Part shown: positions 32,935-37,808 of the stretch, piece by piece | How positions within the stretch are numbered: the first letter of the stretch is position 1 | Layout: every line of letters starts with the position of its first letter | Origin: Pirellulales bacterium | GTDB taxonomy: Bacteria > Planctomycetota > Planctomycetia > Pirellulales > PALSA-1355 | Assembly: GCA_040901665.1 (NCBI GenBank) | Contig: JBBDYK010000145.1 | Span: forward strand, 1-37,808 | Reading direction: 5' to 3' | DNA: 37,808 bases | The notes under the pieces: generated by a model | Databases searched by the model: none | What the model was told of the DNA's origin: nothing | What the model saw: the letters and a program-made list of their open reading frames with translations, nothing else | Translations under genes and position numbers: made by a program

Positions 32935-33755
32935 GATTTCTTCTCCATCGCCGCGGCCTCGGCCGCCAGCCGATTCTCGAACTGGAAGCCAAGTTGAGCA
33001 TAGCGCGCTTGGACGTCCGTGAAGCCTTGCTTCACCAGCAAGATGTCGGCGTTGTGGCAAACGAACGTCGCGCCCAGATCCAACAGCATCTGCGAGTGCT
33101 CGGGCGAGCCGCTGGTGGTGCCCCAGGCTTTGCCCACCCGCTTGGCCACGTCCGCCACGCGTCGATACGCGTCTTGAATGATCTGGTGATTGAACTGAAA
33201 CGGAATGCCGGACAAGATGCTCAAATCGGCCGGCCCGATCATCAGCACGTCGACGCCCGGCACCTGGGCGATCGCCTCGACGCTCTCCAGCGCTTTGGGC
33301 GACTCGATTTGCACGATCAGCAAGGTATGTTCGTTGGCCAGCTTGATGTATTCGGCCATCGGCACAGCGCAATAGGGCGCGTCCGGATTTGCGCCATCGA
33401 TTCCGCGCTCGCCCAGCGGCCCGAACTTGGCCCAGCGCACCACTTCGGCGGCCTCGTCGGCCGACTCGCAGCGCGGGTACATGATGCCTTGCGCGCCGGC
33501 TTCCAGCAGCCGTCCCATCCGCATGAACTCTCCCTTGGCCGGCCGCACGATCACGTCGGAGCTGCCCACCCGCGCCGCGCGCATCAATTGATTGGCCGTT
33601 TCCGTGCTGGTCGAGTGATGCTCCAGGTCCATCCAGATGCCGTCGAAGCCCATCAGGCTGGTGAGCTCATAGACGCTGGGGTCAGTGAAGTGGCAGGTCA
33701 CGATCAGCGCCGGCTCGCCCCGGCGCAGCTTGGCTTTGACGCGGCTGAATCGCAT
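32931..33755 (-). CDS. HpcH/HpaI-family (class II, 2-keto-3-deoxy-acid) aldolase
   Basis: The pattern is GFDGIWMDLEH...VRP......I.R.LEAGAQGIM.P......EA.......KF.PLGERG ... VQIES..A......I...PGVD...IGP.DLS. Confidence 0.8.
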   Translation of the reverse strand: MRFSRVKAKLRRGEPALIVTCHFTDPSVYELTSLMGFDGIWMDLEHHSTSTETANQLMRAARVGSSDVIVRPAKGEFMRMGRLLEAGAQGIMYPRCESADEAAEVVRWAKFGPLGERGIDGANPDAPYCAVPMAEYIKLANEHTLLIVQIESPKALESVEAIAQVPGVDVLMIGPADLSILSGIPFQFNHQIIQDAYRRVADVAKRVGKAWGTTSGSPEHSQMLLDLGATFVCHNADILLVKQGFTDVQARYAQLGFQFENRLAAEAAAMEKKS

Positions 33756-33808
33756 GAATCGTTGGTTCCTTGGAATATCGGAGAGGGAAAACGTCGTTGG
33801 TCGTTGAA

Positions 33809-36124
33809 CTAGGTGAGTCGCGCAAAACCCGTGTGGCGCACGCCGCCCGGCAGCCGCGATTCTACGTCATTGCGGCGAATCGCAGCGGCCAATTCGCCAA
33901 AAACTTCATCCAGCGCAGCCAGACAGGCATCCACGTGACGCGGCTGGTGCGCCAGGCTCGGGTAAAACCCGCCGCCGAATAAATAGCCGCGCGCCAGCAT
34001 TCGCACGCTTACCAACGTGCTCAGCGCGGCCGCTTGCGGATGATCGAACGACAGCGAGAGCAGCGCCGCATGTCCGCTGGCCAGCGCCGGCACGCCATGT
34101 TCGTGTCCCAGCGCCAGCCATCCTGCACGTATCAGGCCGCCGATCCGCTGGGCGTGGGCCGGAGCGTCCGCGGTTTGCAACTTGCGAATCGTGGCCAGCG
34201 CCGCCGTGGGGCCAACCCCTTCGGTCCAATAGGTACTGGACACGAACGACTCCTGCGCCGCCTGCATCACACTGGCGCGACCGATCACGGCCCCGATCGG
34301 ATGTCCGTTGCCCAGCGCCTTGGCGAACACGGCCACATCGGGCGCCACGCCATAGCGCAAGTGCGCGCCGCCGAGCGCGAAACGCCAGCCGGCCGAGATC
34401 TCGTCGAACACCAGCGCCGCTCCGCACTCGTCGGCCAGCCCCCGCACACCCTCCAGAAAGCCTGGCTCCGGCTGCCGATTGCGCGTCGGTTCCATCACGA
34501 TGGCCGCCAGCTCGCGACCGTGCTCGCGCACGTGGCGCTGCAACTCATCGAGCTTGTTGTAGCCAAATGGCAGCGCCGTGCCGGCCAGACCAGCGGGCAC
34601 GCCGCGCGGCGATAGCCCCGTTAGCAAGTGTCCGGCCAGTCGATCGCCATCGTCGGCCGCCGCATCCGCCGGCAGATTCGCGGCCAGATACCAATCCGAC
34701 CAGCCGTGATATCCACAAAAGGCCACGCGCTGGCGGCCGGTCGCCGCGCGCGCCAAACGCACGGCAACCGCCATCGACTCGCCGCCGGTGCGCGTGAACC
34801 GCGCTTGCTCGGCCCAGGGGTGCAGCTCCAGTAACAACTCGGCCAGCTCCAACTCCTCGGGCGAGTTCAGCGTACACATCGATCCCAGTTGCACGCGCCG
34901 CACCACGGCGTCGGTGACGTCCGGATCGGCGTAACCCAATAGACAGGAACCAATGCCCGAGGTCGTCATGTCGATGAATCGCCGGCCGTCGAGATCGACC
35001 ACTTCGCAACCGCGCGCCTCGGCGTAGTAAGCGGGCCAGACGCCGGGTGCAACCATCTCAGGCCGCTTGCTCAGCAGTTGTGTCCCGCCGGGAATGACCG
35101 CTTTCGCGCGCTGGTAAGCGGCATGCGACCGCGTTCCGTCCGGCGAGGGAGTTAAGCCCAATAGTTGCCGCGCGTTGCTGCCGAAGATGTGTTCGACGTC
35201 CGCGTCGCCAAGCCGCAGCGTGCCGCACGCCTGCTTCAGTGCCAATAGCGACTCGATGCCCACCAGCACCGGCCTGGCAAAAGCCGACTTGTCCCACGCC
35301 ACGTTGTCCTCGAGCAGCCAGGCAAAGCCATCTCCGATGCTGACGCAGCGTCCCGGCATTTCGCTCACGGGAAAATCCGTGCCGAAGAGCAATCTCCGCG
35401 GACCGAATTCGCGCAAGATCGCTTCCAATGACGCGGCTTCACAAACGGCTGAAGTGTCGAAGTACACATTGTCGAGCCCACGCAAGCTGCCGATGCCCTC
35501 GACCGTGTGCCGCGCGCAGAAGCCTCGCGCGGCATGCGCCAAGATCAGCTTCGCGCCCGGATAGCGCAAACAGCGCTCGCGCAGGTATTCCTGGTTGACC
35601 GGATCGGCCAAAGCTCGGGCGCGCACGATGTGTAGCATGATGACCAGGCCGCGCCGGTCCGCCAGCTCCCAGGCCCAGTCGGGCAGAAAACTCTCTGTCG
35701 GCGCCTCGAACGTATTCGGCTGATCCGCGAACACGTGATACACCTTGAATCCCGCGAAGCGGTCGGCGTCCAGGTTTGCTACCACGCGCGCCGGATCGTC
35801 GCAGGGCGCGATCAAGAGCAAGGCGCGCGAGCCCGCCAGCGGCGCGATCTGATCGGCCACGAAACGATTGGCACTGGCCAATTCGAGCCCGACTTTGGGA
35901 ATGGTGAAGGCCAGCCCACCCGTCGGACGCCGATCTCCCATCCACTGCTCGACGCCGCGACAATAGGCCTGCCAGCTCGCGTTGCCCGCGGCGTCCAGCG
36001 CGCCCGGCGGCAACGCGGCCGTGGCGTCTTCGCCACGATAGAGGTGCAAGTGCGCGTCGAAGCCCCCGGGCGGCACGAACGAGCGCAAATGCTTGTCGAA
36101 CAGCGCCGACGATTCGATTGGCAT
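33809..36124 (-). CDS. fusion protein: N-terminal amidohydrolase_2 (lactonase/decarboxylase-type TIM-barrel metal hydrolase) + C-terminal class III PLP aminotransferase-fold domain
   Basis: I start it at ATG 36124. The N-domain metal ligands are FDAHLHL (HxH), MLHI, ILAHAA and FGTDFPV. The junction lies near aa 322-335 (about nt 35120-35160). The C-domain resembles glutamate-1-semialdehyde-aminomutase-like aminotransferases (FTRTGGESMAVAVRLAR, CGYHGW), with the PLP lysine context VAVFAKALGNGHPIG. Confidence 0.8.
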   Translation of the reverse strand: MPIESSALFDKHLRSFVPPGGFDAHLHLYRGEDATAALPPGALDAAGNASWQAYCRGVEQWMGDRRPTGGLAFTIPKVGLELASANRFVADQIAPLAGSRALLLIAPCDDPARVVANLDADRFAGFKVYHVFADQPNTFEAPTESFLPDWAWELADRRGLVIMLHIVRARALADPVNQEYLRERCLRYPGAKLILAHAARGFCARHTVEGIGSLRGLDNVYFDTSAVCEAASLEAILREFGPRRLLFGTDFPVSEMPGRCVSIGDGFAWLLEDNVAWDKSAFARPVLVGIESLLALKQACGTLRLGDADVEHIFGSNARQLLGLTPSPDGTRSHAAYQRAKAVIPGGTQLLSKRPEMVAPGVWPAYYAEARGCEVVDLDGRRFIDMTTSGIGSCLLGYADPDVTDAVVRRVQLGSMCTLNSPEELELAELLLELHPWAEQARFTRTGGESMAVAVRLARAATGRQRVAFCGYHGWSDWYLAANLPADAAADDGDRLAGHLLTGLSPRGVPAGLAGTALPFGYNKLDELQRHVREHGRELAAIVMEPTRNRQPEPGFLEGVRGLADECGAALVFDEISAGWRFALGGAHLRYGVAPDVAVFAKALGNGHPIGAVIGRASVMQAAQESFVSSTYWTEGVGPTAALATIRKLQTADAPAHAQRIGGLIRAGWLALGHEHGVPALASGHAALLSLSFDHPQAAALSTLVSVRMLARGYLFGGGFYPSLAHQPRHVDACLAALDEVFGELAAAIRRNDVESRLPGGVRHTGFARLT

Positions 36125-36384
36125 TTCAGATGGCTTCCCGACCGATGCCTCCGCAGCGCTAGGGCCAGTGCCGCCATGACGCGTGTCGCGGCATTTCTCG
36201 ACGGCATTTCGTTGTCGGAGCGTCGGCACACGGGAGTTTAATGTTCGTCGCATGAGCGAGCAACTTGCCGAGCGAGCAATTCGGGCCGTAAACTGTGTCG
36301 TTCGGTCGAAGCGGCAGCGGCAGCGTTTGCCCGCCCACGCTCGCGAGCCAAGCCGGTCGCCAATCTTCCAGCACCTTGGTACGC

Positions 36385-37808
36385 ATGCCTCGCTCAATTC
36401 CAGTCAAATTCGCGCTTGCGGCCGTCTTCGTGGCCGTGCCGACGCGGCTGATGGCCGCCGAAGAGGCCGTCACGGCCAATCCCGCCGTGCTCACCTGGCT
36501 CGACGGCCTGGTGATCGTGCTCTACTTCCTCGGCATGCTCGGCGTCGGCGGGTACTACATGGCCCGCAACAAGACCGAGGAGGATTACTTGTTGGGCGGC
36601 CGGCACATGAGCCCCTGGACGGTCGGCCTGTCGTTGTTCGCCACCATGATCAGCACGATTTCGTATCTGGCCATGCCGGGCGAGATGATTCGGCATGGTC
36701 CGTTGTACTTTACGAACATTCTGGCGTACCCGGTGATCGCGCTCGTCGTCGGCTGGTTTTTGATTCCGCTGTTCATGAAGCTGCCGCTGACCAGCGCGTA
36801 CGAAATCCTGGAGACGCGGCTGGGATTGTCGGTGCGAATGCTGGGCGCCGTCTTCTTTCTGACGTTGCGGCTGCTGTGGATGGCGGTGATCCTTTACGCC
36901 ACCACCACGATCGTGCTGGTGCCCCTGTTGGGGCTCGATGCCGCGGCCGTGCCCTATCTGTGCGCGGTGCTGGGACTGATCACTGTGGCCTACACCTCGA
37001 TGGGCGGCATTCGCGCCGTCGTGGCGACCGACGTTGCACAGACATTTATCCTGCTGGCCGGCGCCATCGCCGCGCTGGTGCTGATCAGTTGGCAACTGGG
37101 CGGCGTCGGCGCCTGGTGGCCGCGCACCTGGGCCGAGAATTGGGATCCGCCCACGCTGGGCTACGATCCCACGGCGCGCATGTCGCTCATCGGCGCCATT
37201 ACCTCCACCTTTTTTTGGCACGTCTGCACCGCCGGCTCGGACCAGATGGCCATCCAACGCTATCTCTCGACCCGCGACGTTCACGCGGCACGCCGCATGT
37301 TCAATATCTCGCTCTCCGCCAACGTGGTCATTTCACTGCTGCTGGCGACATTGGGAATGGCATTGCTCGCCTGGTTTCGGTCATTTCCCGAGATGCTGGC
37401 CGCGGGACAGTCCATCGAGGGCAACGCGGATCAACTGTTTCCACGTTTCATCGCCGTGGGATTGCCGGCGGGCGTCAGCGGCCTGATCGTGGCCGGACTG
37501 CTGGCCGCCGCCATGTCGAGCCTGTCGTCCGGATTGAACTCCTCGTGCGCCGTGATCAGCGTCGATTTTCTCGAGCGCTTTGGGCGCCGCGACGTCGCCA
37601 ACAGCGACAGTGTTCGGCGCACGCGCTACGTTGCCTGGTGCGTCGGCGTCGTCGTCGTCTTGCTGAGCACGGCAGTGGGCGCGGTGACAGGCAACCTGCT
37701 GGAGATCGCTTACAAAGTGACCAACCTGCTGGTGGCGCCCCTGTTCGGACTGTTCTTCATGGCGCTTTTCGTCCGCTGGGCCACTAGCTTTGGAACCATG
37801 GTGGGGGC
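36385..37808 (+). CDS. sodium:solute symporter (SSS) family transporter, 3' end outside the window
   Basis: This gene is not in the ORF track because the frame has no stop in the window. My own translation from ATG 36385 (frame 1) reads MPRSIPVKFALAAVFVAV...LVIVLYFLGMLGVGGYYMARNKTEEDYLLGGRHMSPWTVGLSLFATMISTISYLAMPGE..., and the window ends ...LFGLFFMALFVRWATSFGTMVG. This is a typical SSS N-terminal motif (Y.LGGR....W....S..AT..S). Confidence 0.8.
   Translation, partial: MPRSIPVKFALAAVFVAVPTRLMAAEEAVTANPAVLTWLDGLVIVLYFLGMLGVGGYYMARNKTEEDYLLGGRHMSPWTVGLSLFATMISTISYLAMPGEMIRHGPLYFTNILAYPVIALVVGWFLIPLFMKLPLTSAYEILETRLGLSVRMLGAVFFLTLRLLWMAVILYATTTIVLVPLLGLDAAAVPYLCAVLGLITVAYTSMGGIRAVVATDVAQTFILLAGAIAALVLISWQLGGVGAWWPRTWAENWDPPTLGYDPTARMSLIGAITSTFFWHVCTAGSDQMAIQRYLSTRDVHAARRMFNISLSANVVISLLLATLGMALLAWFRSFPEMLAAGQSIEGNADQLFPRFIAVGLPAGVSGLIVAGLLAAAMSSLSSGLNSSCAVISVDFLERFGRRDVANSDSVRRTRYVAWCVGVVVVLLSTAVGAVTGNLLEIAYKVTNLLVAPLFGLFFMALFVRWATSFGTMVG

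Noticed and set aside
36183-37787. 534-aa plus-strand ORF, and 36394..37284(-), across the last 1.6 kb.
   Set aside because: The translation is extreme Arg/Gly/His junk. Frame 1, starting at ATG 36385, has no stop in the window and so is missing from the track. It gives a clean sodium:solute symporter sequence, so these two ORFs are frame artefacts.
1-37808. Search for tRNA/rRNA genes, CRISPR arrays, transposases/integrases, phage genes or known defence-system ATPases/nucleases.
   Set aside because: I found no T-loop-like GGTTCGAATCC-type motifs in a tRNA context, no regularly spaced direct repeats and no recognisable recombinase or phage structural motifs. The low-GC islets therefore lack visible mobility genes within this window.

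Overview
High-GC bacterial chromosomal window. Hand counts on single 60-nt lines give about 60-68% G+C in core genes and about 42-48% in four small islets. The gene content and signal-peptide style resemble Planctomycetota-like heterotrophs, but that is inference only. I can support 31 protein-coding genes plus one gene remnant. I saw no rRNA, tRNA, CRISPR array, transposase or integrase.

Layout, left to right:
1. 409-4058: a hypothetical gene, then a secreted mono-haem cytochrome c followed by a Tat-signal thiamine-diphosphate (ThDP) enzyme, then a small K-channel-like membrane protein.
2. 4098-16939: an Atu-like branched/isoprenoid acyl-CoA catabolic cluster. It holds an enoyl-CoA hydratase, biotin carboxylase beta and alpha subunits, an AtuA-family protein, a PaaI thioesterase, an acyl-CoA ligase and two acyl-CoA dehydrogenases. 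It is interrupted by a low-GC membrane gene and an orphan antitoxin-like gene.
3. 16943-18413: a 24-bp perfect hairpin and a GntP-like permease.
4. 18692-22290: a di-haem cytochrome c peroxidase fused to a parallel beta-helix domain, translationally coupled (ATGA) to a stand-alone paralogue of that beta-helix.
5. 22434-28261: secreted hydrolases (prolyl oligopeptidase, DUF885, Tat-signal BNR/sialidase-like protein) with a low-GC orphan gene between them.
6. 28262-31120: a low-GC polymorphic-toxin-like islet. It carries a toxin with a GIY-YIG/URI-like C-terminal tip, two stacked immunity-type genes and an immunity-gene remnant.
7. 31121-37808: a tightly coupled minus-strand operon (amidohydrolase-aminotransferase fusion, HpcH aldolase, Gfo/Idh/MocA oxidoreductase, SDR), divergent from a sodium:solute symporter that runs off the window.

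Best candidates for undescribed biology are the toxin islet with an unrecognised delivery domain, the peroxidase/beta-helix pair, the exported ThDP enzyme with its cytochrome c, and the lactonase-PLP fusion operon. All family calls come from motifs read by eye. No database search was possible.
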